Of a stretch of 64,000 nt of DNA, positions 47,453 to 56,194 are shown in pieces. Every line of letters begins with the position of its first letter. Position 1 is the stretch's first letter. The position numbers and the translations under genes are program-made. The notes below the pieces were generated by a model that did no database searches, had not been told where the DNA came from, and saw nothing but the letters and a program-made list of their open reading frames with translations. The DNA comes from Clostridiales bacterium (lineage in GTDB: Bacteria; Bacillota; Clostridia; Saccharofermentanales; Saccharofermentanaceae): assembly GCA_017551625.1 (NCBI GenBank), contig JAFZLF010000020.1, positions 1,427 to 65,426 on the forward strand. The letters run 5' to 3'.

Positions 47453-47944
47453 ATGGGCAATATTTTCCGTCCGAGTCTGTGTGCGAAGAAAGTCAGCGAT
47501 CTTGATTTTTCTGACCTTTATGCCAAGGGTTTCCGCTACGCACTTCTTGATTTCGACAACACCCTTGCTCCGGACCACTATACGGAGCCGATCCCGTACT
47601 CTTATGAGATGGTCAAAAGGATGCAGGAGGCCGGATTCTCGCTGTGCCTGGTTTCAAATGCCAAGTCCGAGCGATCGAAGAAGATCGCCGATATGCTGAA
47701 GATCCCCTGTGTGTCCTACGCCAATAAACCTGGAACTTCCGGCGTGCTGAAGGCCATGGCACTGATCGGCGCGGCTAAAGAGAATACCATGATGATCGGT
47801 GACCAGCTCTTCACGGACATCGCTGCCGGGAATCGCGCGGGGCTTTATACCATCCTCGTCGAGCGCTATGCGAAGAAGGAAGTCTTCTATGTCGTCCTCA
47901 AACGCTTCCCCGAGTGGATCATAAGGAAAGTGTGCCGGTTCTGA
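47453..47944 (+). CDS. yqeG: YqeG-family HAD-IIIA phosphatase
   Basis: MGNIFRPS..., the LLDFDNTL (DxDxT) motif, SNA, and GDQLFTDI. GAGGAG RBS 7 nt upstream. The ORF-track start at 47312 adds 47 unsupported residues. Confidence 0.85.
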   Translation: MGNIFRPSLCAKKVSDLDFSDLYAKGFRYALLDFDNTLAPDHYTEPIPYSYEMVKRMQEAGFSLCLVSNAKSERSKKIADMLKIPCVSYANKPGTSGVLKAMALIGAAKENTMMIGDQLFTDIAAGNRAGLYTILVERYAKKEVFYVVLKRFPEWIIRKVCRF

Positions 47945-48133
47945 GGATGCATCTCGCCGGAAAGACACTGCGCAACAGAAGCAGGAGCGTTCCTCATACT
48001 GTGCTTTTTGTGAAAAATAGATAAAATCGCGTTTTTCTCGCCTTTTCACTTGCAGATTCACTTTCCTTCAAGTAAACTATAGTATCGTGAATAAATTTGT
48101 TATCAAATATATGTATATTTCGGAGGATTATTT

Positions 48134-48691
48134 ATGATTAGCGCTGGTGATTTTAGAAACGGTATGTGCTTCGAGATGGACGGCCAGGTTTTCCAGGTAG
48201 TGGAATTCCAGCACGTTAAGCCGGGTAAGGGTGCGGCTTTCGTACGTACGAAGTACAAGAACGTAAAGACCGGTTCCGTTGTGGAGCGCAGCTTCAACCC
48301 GAACGAGAAGTTCGAGCAGGCTCAGCTGGAGAGAAATGACATGCAGTACACCTACAACGATGGTGACCTGTATCACTTCATGGATATGGAGACATATGAG
48401 GACCGTCCGATCGCCAAGGAGAGCATCGGTGAAAACATCCGCTTCCTCAAGGAAGAGATGATTTGTAAGGTCCTTTCTTATAAGGGTGAGATCTTCGGTG
48501 TAGAACTTCCGATCGTTGTTGAGCTCGAGATCACTGAGTGCGAGCCCGGTGTTCGTGGTGATACGACAAACAACGCGACCAAGATCGCAACGCTGGAGAC
48601 AGGCGCTACCGTTAAGGTTCCGCTCTTCGTGAACCAGAACGAGATTATCCGTGTCGATACACGTACCGGTGAATATCTGGAGCGTGCGTAA
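48134..48691 (+). CDS. efp: Translation elongation factor P
   Basis: 185 aa. [15 protein letters not shown]....[17 protein letters not shown] is the canonical EF-P N-terminus. The RBS is GGAGG. Confidence 0.97.
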   Translation: MISAGDFRNGMCFEMDGQVFQVVEFQHVKPGKGAAFVRTKYKNVKTGSVVERSFNPNEKFEQAQLERNDMQYTYNDGDLYHFMDMETYEDRPIAKESIGENIRFLKEEMICKVLSYKGEIFGVELPIVVELEITECEPGVRGDTTNNATKIATLETGATVKVPLFVNQNEIIRVDTRTGEYLERA

Positions 48692-48731
48692 TCTCACGTT
48701 CTGATCTTCGTCGAGAAGGGAATTGCCGAAA

Positions 48732-49112
48732 ATGGGAGAGAATCTCGTATCGGAATCGATCAAAGGCGAACGCTCGATGTCGCAGGGCTTTGTTGCTCAG
48801 TATGCAGCAGAAGCCGCCCTGCGTGCAGAGGGCGTTGCTCGTCTTACGGCTTCCGTGCCGGTGGTCCTTAAGGAGTCCCTCGGATTCGTCCATGAGGGCA
48901 AGGGCGTCCGTGTCGAGTTCTCCGAGACAGAAGAGGGCTTCGTCTCTGTGACTGTCTATCCCATCGTGTATTATGGTATGATTATTCCAGAGGTGGCCTG
49001 GGCGATCCAGGAGCGCGTCAAGGAAGACGTCGAGAAGTTTACGGGACTGGTCGTGGAATCGGTCAATGTCCATGTCTGCGGCGTGGTATTAAGGGAGGAA
49101 AAGAACTCATGA
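48732..49112 (+). CDS. Asp23/Gls24-family envelope stress protein
   Basis: The Asp23 pattern is present (AEAALRAEGVARL..., V.V.VYPIVYYG..IPEVA..IQE.V...VE..TGL.V..VNVHV). TTG 48723 is an alternative start. Confidence 0.85.
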   Translation: MGENLVSESIKGERSMSQGFVAQYAAEAALRAEGVARLTASVPVVLKESLGFVHEGKGVRVEFSETEEGFVSVTVYPIVYYGMIIPEVAWAIQERVKEDVEKFTGLVVESVNVHVCGVVLREEKNS

Positions 49113-49660
49113 ATCGGATCATTCGTTTTGTGCTGATTGTTTATTCGACACTCCTGGCGATCCTTTCGCTTCTTCTGCTGTATGCGCTGGCGGACGACGG
49201 CATCTTCGCCGATCTTCTTTCGCCTCTGGCCAATATCGTTACTGACCCGTATAAGAAATATATCTATCTGGCCGTTCTTCTGGTGATCCTGGTCTCGTGC
49301 GTGGTCACGGTGACATACTGCCTGCTGAATGGCCGTCTGAGTAAGACCCGTATCCGCCAGACGGAGATCGGCTTTGTCGAGATCGGTGTCGATGCGATCG
49401 AGAGTATCGCCCTGAACTCCGCTAAGAGCGCGCAGGCCGGCATCAAGGCTGCCCGTGCGCGTGTATCGTCGGCGAAGAATAACGCGATCCGCGTGTATAT
49501 GAGTGCTGTTCTTTACTCGAACGTCGAGGTGCCGTCGACGATGGGCAAGGTACAGGAACGCGTCAAGAAGGATATCGAGCGCTATACAGGGATCACGGTC
49601 GAGAGCGTCACCGTGAAGGTAAGCCGCGTCGAGCCTGTCGTGGCGAAAGTCGAGCGGTAA
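49109..49660 (+). CDS. amaP: Alkaline shock response membrane anchor protein AmaP-like
   Basis: 183 aa. Two N-terminal TM helices are followed by an Asp23-like soluble part. An ATGA overlap links it to the preceding Asp23 gene. Confidence 0.75.
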   Translation: MNRIIRFVLIVYSTLLAILSLLLLYALADDGIFADLLSPLANIVTDPYKKYIYLAVLLVILVSCVVTVTYCLLNGRLSKTRIRQTEIGFVEIGVDAIESIALNSAKSAQAGIKAARARVSSAKNNAIRVYMSAVLYSNVEVPSTMGKVQERVKKDIERYTGITVESVTVKVSRVEPVVAKVER

Positions 49661-49694
49661 TTCCGGTAAGACAGCAGGAGTGGAGCGGTAAGAC

Positions 49695-49931
49695 ATGAGA
49701 GCCCTGATCATCAAATTCTTTGATATGCTGAAGGATAAGAGCTCCGGCAAGATCGGTGCCGGTATCGCTTTTGTCTTCGCACTTTTTCTGGTGATCTTCG
49801 GTTTTTTCAAGACATTATTCATAATCATCCTGACCGTGGTAGGATACGTCGTCGGCGCACTCCTGTTCTCGGATAAGGATAAAGTCAAGGACTGGATGGA
49901 CAAGATCCTTCCGCCCGGGAGGTTTCGATGA
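49695..49931 (+). CDS. DUF2273-type small integral membrane protein
   Basis: 78 aa with two TM helices, third member of the conserved Asp23-AmaP-DUF2273 triad just upstream of nusB. Confidence 0.7.
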   Translation: MRALIIKFFDMLKDKSSGKIGAGIAFVFALFLVIFGFFKTLFIIILTVVGYVVGALLFSDKDKVKDWMDKILPPGRFR

Positions 49932-50332
49932 GCAGAAGAGAAGCGCGTGAAGCGGCCTTCACATTTTTATACCAGCTGGAATTTCGGGATGAACCGGTCG
50001 CCGAACAGAGAGCGCAGTATCTGGAACAGCATCCTCTGGAAGAAGAGGATATTCCGTATTTTACTCTCATTACGGACGGAGTCTTCGAGGAACGTGAGAA
50101 ACTCGATGAAATATATGCTCCTTATCTCAAGGACTGGAAACTCTCCCGCCTTCCGAAGGTCGATGTGATCCTTTTGCGTATCGCAGTCTATGAGATGCTG
50201 CATATCGAGGATGTTCCGACGAATGTCTCGATCAGCGAGGCCGTCATTCTCACCAAGCGCTACAGCACAGAGGATTCCCGCGCGTATATCAATGCGGTTC
50301 TCGGCAAGGTGGGCCGCGCACTCGAAAAATGA
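49928..50332 (+). CDS. nusB: Transcription antitermination factor NusB
   Basis: 134 aa. MSRREAREAAF..LYQ and the late YINAVLGKV motif are present. The RBS is GGGAGG. Confidence 0.95.
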   Translation: MSRREAREAAFTFLYQLEFRDEPVAEQRAQYLEQHPLEEEDIPYFTLITDGVFEEREKLDEIYAPYLKDWKLSRLPKVDVILLRIAVYEMLHIEDVPTNVSISEAVILTKRYSTEDSRAYINAVLGKVGRALEK

Positions 50333-51564
50333 TGGAAAGATCTGTCCTGACCGTAACTGAGCTGAATGAATATGTCGGGCAGCTCCTAAGCGCCGATAGT
50401 GTACTGAGCCAGCTTTGTGTCAGCGGCGAGATCTCCGGGTATAAGCGCTATCCTTCCGGACATGCCTATTTCCAGCTAAAAGATAAGAAAAGTTCTGTTC
50501 AGTGCGTCCTTTTTAACGGAAGTTTCGGACGCATCTCTTTTGTTCCGGAAAACGGCATGCAGGTCCGCATCTATGGCCGTGCGTCACTGTATTCCGTAGA
50601 CGGGAAGTTCCAGGTGATCGTGTCGATCATGCAGGAAGAGGGCCTCGGCGACCTCTTTAAGGAATTCGAGAAAAGAAAACAGAAGATGGCCGAGGAAGGC
50701 CTCTTTGACGAATCTCATAAGAAACCGATCCCGTATCTTCCGAAGCGTATCGGTGTCGTGACTTCTCCGAAAGGTGCCGTCATCCAGGATATCCTGAATG
50801 TCCTTTCACGCAGATTCCCGAACTTTGATCTTCTTCTGGCGCCGTCGGCTGTACAGGGGAAGGGGGCGGCGGAGGAACTGATCCGCGGCCTGAAACTTCT
50901 CGATGCGCGTGAGGATATCGATGTGATCATCATCGCGCGTGGCGGAGGCTCGATGGAGGACCTGTGGTGTTTTAACGATGAAGCTCTCGGCCGGGCCATC
51001 TATGAGGCGAGAAAACCGGTCATCTCGGCTGTCGGTCATGAGACGGACTATACGATCTGTGATTTCTGTTCGGATCTTCGTGCGCCGACTCCGTCTGCTG
51101 CGGCAGAACTCGTGATGCCGAATAAAGAAGAAGTCCTGGCGCGATTGGATATGTCGCGCAGAAATCTCGACTCGGCGATGCAGCACTTTATCCGCATGAA
51201 GAACCATAAGTGGGAAACCCTCACGAAGCACCGCGCGCTTCTGACGCCTCAGGTAAGACTCGAAAAAGAGATGCAGCGGCATGATATCCTAGAGGCAAAG
51301 CTCGATGAGAGATTTCAAGCAGAATACGAAAAGAGGAAAAGTGCTTTTGCTACAGAACTTGCTAAACTTCAGGCGCTCGATCCGATGCGTGTCCTGCTTC
51401 GCGGGTATGCCAGAACGACGGATAAGGCGGGGCGAACGGTAGACTCCGTAAATTGTGTTAATATAGAAGATGAGGTTTCGATCGCGGTCGCGGACGGGGT
51501 CATCCGTTCGCAGGTAGTGGCGGTCGAGAGGAAGGAGAGGGGATCCGATGGAAGAAAAGATTGA
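50329..51564 (+). CDS. xseA: Exodeoxyribonuclease VII large subunit
   Basis: 411 aa. LTVTELNEYV, the OB fold, GVVTSPKGAVIQDI, and ARGGGSMEDLW.FN are present. Confidence 0.96.
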   Translation: MMERSVLTVTELNEYVGQLLSADSVLSQLCVSGEISGYKRYPSGHAYFQLKDKKSSVQCVLFNGSFGRISFVPENGMQVRIYGRASLYSVDGKFQVIVSIMQEEGLGDLFKEFEKRKQKMAEEGLFDESHKKPIPYLPKRIGVVTSPKGAVIQDILNVLSRRFPNFDLLLAPSAVQGKGAAEELIRGLKLLDAREDIDVIIIARGGGSMEDLWCFNDEALGRAIYEARKPVISAVGHETDYTICDFCSDLRAPTPSAAAELVMPNKEEVLARLDMSRRNLDSAMQHFIRMKNHKWETLTKHRALLTPQVRLEKEMQRHDILEAKLDERFQAEYEKRKSAFATELAKLQALDPMRVLLRGYARTTDKAGRTVDSVNCVNIEDEVSIAVADGVIRSQVVAVERKERGSDGRKD

Positions 51565-51769
51565 CCTTACGTACGAGCAGGCGGTAGCCGAACTGGAAGG
51601 AATCATCCGGAAACTGGAGTCGGGCGAGGCCTCTCTGGATGATTCGATCTCCCTGTATTCCAGAGGGATGGAACTGTCGAAGTTCTGTAAAGAGAAACTC
51701 GACTCCATCGTCAAGCAGATCAGTGCTCTCGGCGAAGACGGCAAGAGCGAGAGTCCTCTGGGCGAGTGA
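51548..51769 (+). CDS. xseB: Exodeoxyribonuclease VII small subunit
   Basis: 73 aa. YEQAVAELEGIIRKLESGEASLDDSISLYSRGMELSKFC is the XseB signature. It overlaps the xseA end. Confidence 0.93.
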   Translation: MEEKIDLTYEQAVAELEGIIRKLESGEASLDDSISLYSRGMELSKFCKEKLDSIVKQISALGEDGKSESPLGE

Positions 51770-51780
51770 GGGGAAGACCT

Positions 51781-52683
51781 ATGAGTGAGAAAATCTCATT
51801 TTTTATGAAGAAATACCAGGATCGTATCGAATCGCTGCTCCTTACGGTTTTCCCTCCGGAGCTGTCCGAAGATCCTACGGTAAAAGCCTCGATGTACAGT
51901 CTGCTGGCTGGCGGGAAGCGGATCCGCCCGGTGCTGATGTATATGGTGGCGGAGATGCTCTGCGTCGAGCTTTCTGTCGTGGATGATTTCGCGGCCGCCA
52001 TGGAGATGGTCCATACTTATTCTCTGATCCATGACGATCTGCCGTGCATGGATAATGATACGCTCCGTAGAGGAAAGCCGACCTGCCATGTGGCGCACGG
52101 TGAAGCATTTGCCCTTCTTGCCGGCGACGCGCTTCTGAACCGCGCCTTTGAGAGGGTGCTTCTGGCAGTGAATAATAATCCGCATACAGCCCGTGCGGCG
52201 GTGTGTTTTTCCGAGAATACCGGGATATGCGGCATGATCGGCGGCCAGAGTATCGATCTGGCCTCAGAAGGAAAGAAGATCGATACCGGACGTTTATGTG
52301 AACTTCATGAGAAGAAGACGGGTGCGCTGATCAATGCGTCATGTCTGATCCCATATTATATCTACGCGGCCGAAAAGGGCGAGGATAAGGAGCTTTATGA
52401 CCTGATCCACCGTTTCTCGGCGGGAACGGGACTGGGCTTCCAGATCAATGACGATCTGCTGGATGTACAGGCGGATGCGAGCGTCCTCGGTAAGTCAACG
52501 GGAAAAGATGAGCGTGACCAGAAGTCGACGTTTGTGACGGTCTTCGGTGAAAAGAGTGCGCAGCAGATGCTCGATGATACATACAGCGATGTGTTCGAGT
52601 CGCTCGATGAGCTCGCCGAGCGTGGCTGGGATGTTAGTGAACTCCGCGAGTTCAGCGAACTTCTTCTGAATCGGGTGCAGTAG
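51781..52683 (+). CDS. ispA: Polyprenyl (farnesyl/geranylgeranyl) diphosphate synthase
   Basis: It has the first DDxxD motif (LIHDDLPCMDNDTLRRGK) and the second (FQINDDLLD). ATG at 51781 with a GAGGGGAAG RBS. Confidence 0.92.
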   Translation: MSEKISFFMKKYQDRIESLLLTVFPPELSEDPTVKASMYSLLAGGKRIRPVLMYMVAEMLCVELSVVDDFAAAMEMVHTYSLIHDDLPCMDNDTLRRGKPTCHVAHGEAFALLAGDALLNRAFERVLLAVNNNPHTARAAVCFSENTGICGMIGGQSIDLASEGKKIDTGRLCELHEKKTGALINASCLIPYYIYAAEKGEDKELYDLIHRFSAGTGLGFQINDDLLDVQADASVLGKSTGKDERDQKSTFVTVFGEKSAQQMLDDTYSDVFESLDELAERGWDVSELREFSELLLNRVQ

Positions 52684-52686
52684 ACC

Positions 52687-54606
52687 ATGAAGCCGACTCC
52701 GATACTTGATGGGATCTCGCGTCCGGAAGATGTGGCGCAGCTGAGTCACGATGAGTGCAGGCTCCTCGCGGATGAACTGCGTGACGTCATCGTCGAGCGC
52801 GTCAGTAAAAACGGAGGACATCTGGCATCGAGTCTCGGTGTGGTGGATCTGACGATCGCGCTATTGTCCAAGTTTGCGCCTCCACATGACCAGATCGTCT
52901 GGGATGTCGGCCATCAGGCGTATGCCTATAAGCTTCTGACCGGACGAAAAGACAGATTTGACACGCTTCGGCAGTATGGCGGTGTCGCGGGTTTCCCGAA
53001 ACAAAGTGAAAGTGTTTACGATGTTTTTGGCGTCGGACATAGCAGTACTTCTGTGTCTGCGGCACTGGGTCTTCTTCGAGCGAAGAAACTCCAGGGGGAT
53101 GACGGACATGTTATCGCCGTGATCGGTGACGGCGCCATGACCGGCGGTATGGCCTTCGAGGGACTTAATGATACAGGGCATTTCAAGGAAAATCTGACGG
53201 TAATCTTAAATGATAACCAGATGTCGATCGATAAGAACGTCGGCGGGCTTTCGAGAGCGCTGGCCAATCTCCGTTCTACACAAGGGTATATCAAGGCCAA
53301 GAGCAAGGTCGAGCGTTTCCTTCTGGCGATTCCGCTGATCGGGCGCCCCATCGCGCGATTCCTGCGGATGGTGAAGACGTGGTTCCGACTGCTGATCCGG
53401 AGAAATACTCCGCCGGTGATCTTCGAGGATCTGGGTTTCCAGTATTTCGGGCCTTTTGACGGGCATAACATCGCGCTTCTTAAGAAAAAACTCGAGATCT
53501 CCAAGACGATCAACGGCCCGGTCCTTATCCATATCGTGACGCAGAAAGGTAAGGGGTATCCATTTGCCGAGGAGAATCCTTCGATCTATCACGGAGTCTC
53601 GCCTTTCGATCGAGAAAAGGGCGTCCAGCCATCGACGGCGCCGACCTTTACATCTACCTTTTCGGATTCTATCGTGCGAGTCGGTAAGGCGAATGAAAAG
53701 GTGGTCGCGATCTGTGCAGCCATGATGACCAGCACGGGACTTAAGGCTTTCCGCCAGAATTTGAAACTGCGTTTCTTTGATGTAGGTATTGCCGAGGAGC
53801 ATGCCGTCACGATGGCGGCCGGTATGGCGACAAATGGATTTGTACCCGTGGTGGCGCTGTATTCCACGTTTGCCCAGCGTGCTTACGATCAGATGCTCCA
53901 TGACGTCTGCCTACAGAACCTGCATGTGGTTCTCGCGCTCGACCGTGCCGGTATCGTCGGCGCGGATGGTATGACACATCAGGGGATCTACGACATCTCC
54001 ATGATGCTCTCGATGCCGAACGTTACACTTCTGTCTCCCTGTGATTTCGCCGAGCTCGACAGGATGCTCGAGTGGGCCGTCGAAGAGGGGACGGGTCTTG
54101 TCGCCGTGCGCTATCCGCGCGGAGGACAGAGTGAAGTGCTCGGGTCGATCCCGGCGAAAGCGGGAATCGGGCCACGAATCATCCGGGATGGTTCGCCTGA
54201 TGCGTCCGGTTCTGAACATCACGGAAGCGTGGCGATCGTGGCGCTGGGTGTCATGTGCGAGCAGGCCATTCAGTCGGCGGAGAAACTGGCGGAAAAAGGC
54301 ATTTCCTGCCGCGTGATCGATGCTCGCTGCTGTAAACCTCTGGATATTACTGCATGGAGACAGGTACTGGACGGAGTTTCCTCTATCGTGACGATCGAGG
54401 ACGGAGTGGCTCATGCCGGCTTCGGCAATTATCTTCTCTCCGAGCTTCGGAAAGCTGGAGGTTTCCCGTGTGTGGCACATGCCGAAGTCCTGGGTGTCTC
54501 GGACCAGCCGCTCGTGGCGGGTAAGCGCGAGCAGCTTCTGGAAATTGAGGGTATGGATGCGACTTCTGTTGCGGCGGCGGTGGAGCGTGTGATCACTTCC
54601 ATATAG
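52687..54606 (+). CDS. dxs: 1-deoxy-D-xylulose-5-phosphate synthase
   Basis: 639 aa. GGHLASSLG, WDVGHQAY.YK.LTGR, GDGAMTGGMAFE (ThDP motif) and VGIAEEHAVT are present. Confidence 0.97.
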   Translation: MKPTPILDGISRPEDVAQLSHDECRLLADELRDVIVERVSKNGGHLASSLGVVDLTIALLSKFAPPHDQIVWDVGHQAYAYKLLTGRKDRFDTLRQYGGVAGFPKQSESVYDVFGVGHSSTSVSAALGLLRAKKLQGDDGHVIAVIGDGAMTGGMAFEGLNDTGHFKENLTVILNDNQMSIDKNVGGLSRALANLRSTQGYIKAKSKVERFLLAIPLIGRPIARFLRMVKTWFRLLIRRNTPPVIFEDLGFQYFGPFDGHNIALLKKKLEISKTINGPVLIHIVTQKGKGYPFAEENPSIYHGVSPFDREKGVQPSTAPTFTSTFSDSIVRVGKANEKVVAICAAMMTSTGLKAFRQNLKLRFFDVGIAEEHAVTMAAGMATNGFVPVVALYSTFAQRAYDQMLHDVCLQNLHVVLALDRAGIVGADGMTHQGIYDISMMLSMPNVTLLSPCDFAELDRMLEWAVEEGTGLVAVRYPRGGQSEVLGSIPAKAGIGPRIIRDGSPDASGSEHHGSVAIVALGVMCEQAIQSAEKLAEKGISCRVIDARCCKPLDITAWRQVLDGVSSIVTIEDGVAHAGFGNYLLSELRKAGGFPCVAHAEVLGVSDQPLVAGKREQLLEIEGMDATSVAAAVERVITSI

Positions 54607-54741
54607 ATTTAGTGATCATTCTATACACCTTCTGCATATGTTTCTGCAGGATATACCTAAGTAGAATAATTATTTGGATATATCATCATGCATGAGAAGA
54701 AATTTCCTTGTATAATTGTCTGTATAAATTCTTGAAATGGA

Positions 54742-54773
54742 GTATAATTATGCAAAAGCGGCATAATTATGCA
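54742..54773. promoter_or_regulatory. Two ARG-box-like A/T-centred palindromes (candidate ArgR operator) upstream of nadK-argR-recN
   Basis: GTATAATTATGCA (54742-54754) and GCATAATTATGCA (54761-54773; GCATAATTATGC is a perfect 12-bp palindrome). Centres are 19 bp apart. The shape TGCAT-W4-ATGCA compares with the canonical TGAAT-W4-ATTCA. Confidence 0.4.
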
Positions 54774-54851
54774 TCACTGTTTGGGAGAGCCTGATCCGGA
54801 AGGAGGTCTTTCTGGAGTTAGGCAGCACTCAATCAGGAAGGAGGGTGTGCG

Positions 54852-55727
54852 ATGCGATTCGGAATTGTGGTGAACAAAGACAAAGACCCGGGTTATGCTT
54901 TTTCCAAGTATGCGACGGAAGTGATGAAGGCGCGCGGATGTGAGGTCGTGCTCGACCCGACGTATGCGGAAACAGAACTTGCCGATGTCCCGGGCGTGAT
55001 CCTCGATGATTATAAGAACTGCGACATTCTCATCTCGATGGGCGGCGATGGAACATTCCTCCGTACGGCACACAAACACCTCGATTCCAAGGTCCCGCTC
55101 ATCGGAGTCAATCTCGGAAGTATCGGCTTCATGACCGAGATCAGCAAGGAAGATTTCGAAGATGCGGTCGATCGTCTGATCGACGGAAAATATTCGCTCG
55201 AGACGCGGACCCAGCTCGATGTCACTCTGATGTCGGAGGACGGTACGGTCAGGGAACACGGGGTCTGTCTAAATGACGCGGTAGTCGCACGTGGCGCGAA
55301 CCTTCATGTCGTTACGCTGGATCTGCTGATCGACCATGACCACGTCGAACGTCTCTCCGGAGATGGCGTCATCCTATCGACCGCGACCGGATGTACGGCT
55401 TATTGCCTCGCGGCCGGCGGCCCGATCGTCAAGCCGGATCTGGACATCTGCATGGTCACGCCGATCTGCCCGCATACACTTCATAACCGCACTTATATCG
55501 TTTCCGGTGACAGTTCGGTCGAGCTGATCATCGAGAGATTCTCCGAGCCGCCGATCCTCTCCCTCGACGGAAGGCAGAATATAGAGCTTGCGCTCCATGA
55601 CCGTATTGTGGTAAGAAAGTCCGAGGTGGGCGTCGTTGTCGCCAAACTCGGCTACAAGAACTTCTATCAGACAGTAAGACAGAAGATCCGTGCAAGAGGT
55701 AGTTTCTATGAAGATGGCAAAAAATGA
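54852..55727 (+). CDS. nadK: NAD kinase
   Basis: 291 aa. GGDGTFLR and the NDAVV motif are present. The RBS is GGAAGGAGGG. Confidence 0.94.
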   Translation: MRFGIVVNKDKDPGYAFSKYATEVMKARGCEVVLDPTYAETELADVPGVILDDYKNCDILISMGGDGTFLRTAHKHLDSKVPLIGVNLGSIGFMTEISKEDFEDAVDRLIDGKYSLETRTQLDVTLMSEDGTVREHGVCLNDAVVARGANLHVVTLDLLIDHDHVERLSGDGVILSTATGCTAYCLAAGGPIVKPDLDICMVTPICPHTLHNRTYIVSGDSSVELIIERFSEPPILSLDGRQNIELALHDRIVVRKSEVGVVVAKLGYKNFYQTVRQKIRARGSFYEDGKK

Positions 55728-56187
55728 ACGTCAGGAAGCGATGCTGCGTCTGGTACGCGCCAAGGAGATCAGCACACAGGAAGAATTGGCCCGTGAGCTC
55801 GAAGCGGCCGGCTGGCAGGTTACTCAGGCCACGGTCTCACGAGATATCAAGGACCTCGGCATCATCAAGGTCACGCTTCCCTCGGGCGGCACGAAGTACA
55901 GTGTGCTCGACCGCACGGGAGATGTGGCGCCGGGCAGGCTCCTGTCCGTATTTGCGCACTCGGTGCTCTCGAGCGATGTAGCCATGAACCTCGTAGTCAT
56001 CAAGACTCTCCCGGGCATGGCGAACGCTGCGGCTTCTGCGCTCGACTCCATCCATCTTTCTGGCGTGGTCGGTTCCATCGCCGGCGATGATACGATCTTC
56101 GTCGCGACGCCGAGCTATGAAGATGCGCTGGCCATCAATGCCACCATCAAAGACATGAATAACAGGAATTCCATCGATTATCAGTGA
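55708..56187 (+). CDS. argR: Arginine repressor
   Basis: It has an N-terminal winged helix (RQEAMLRLVRAKEISTQEELARELEAAGWQVTQATVSRDIKDLG) and a C-terminal GSIAGDDTIFV motif. ATG at 55708 with an AGAGG RBS. It overlaps the nadK end by 20 nt. Confidence 0.94.
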   Translation: MKMAKNERQEAMLRLVRAKEISTQEELARELEAAGWQVTQATVSRDIKDLGIIKVTLPSGGTKYSVLDRTGDVAPGRLLSVFAHSVLSSDVAMNLVVIKTLPGMANAAASALDSIHLSGVVGSIAGDDTIFVATPSYEDALAINATIKDMNNRNSIDYQ

Positions 56188-56194
56188 GGCACAG

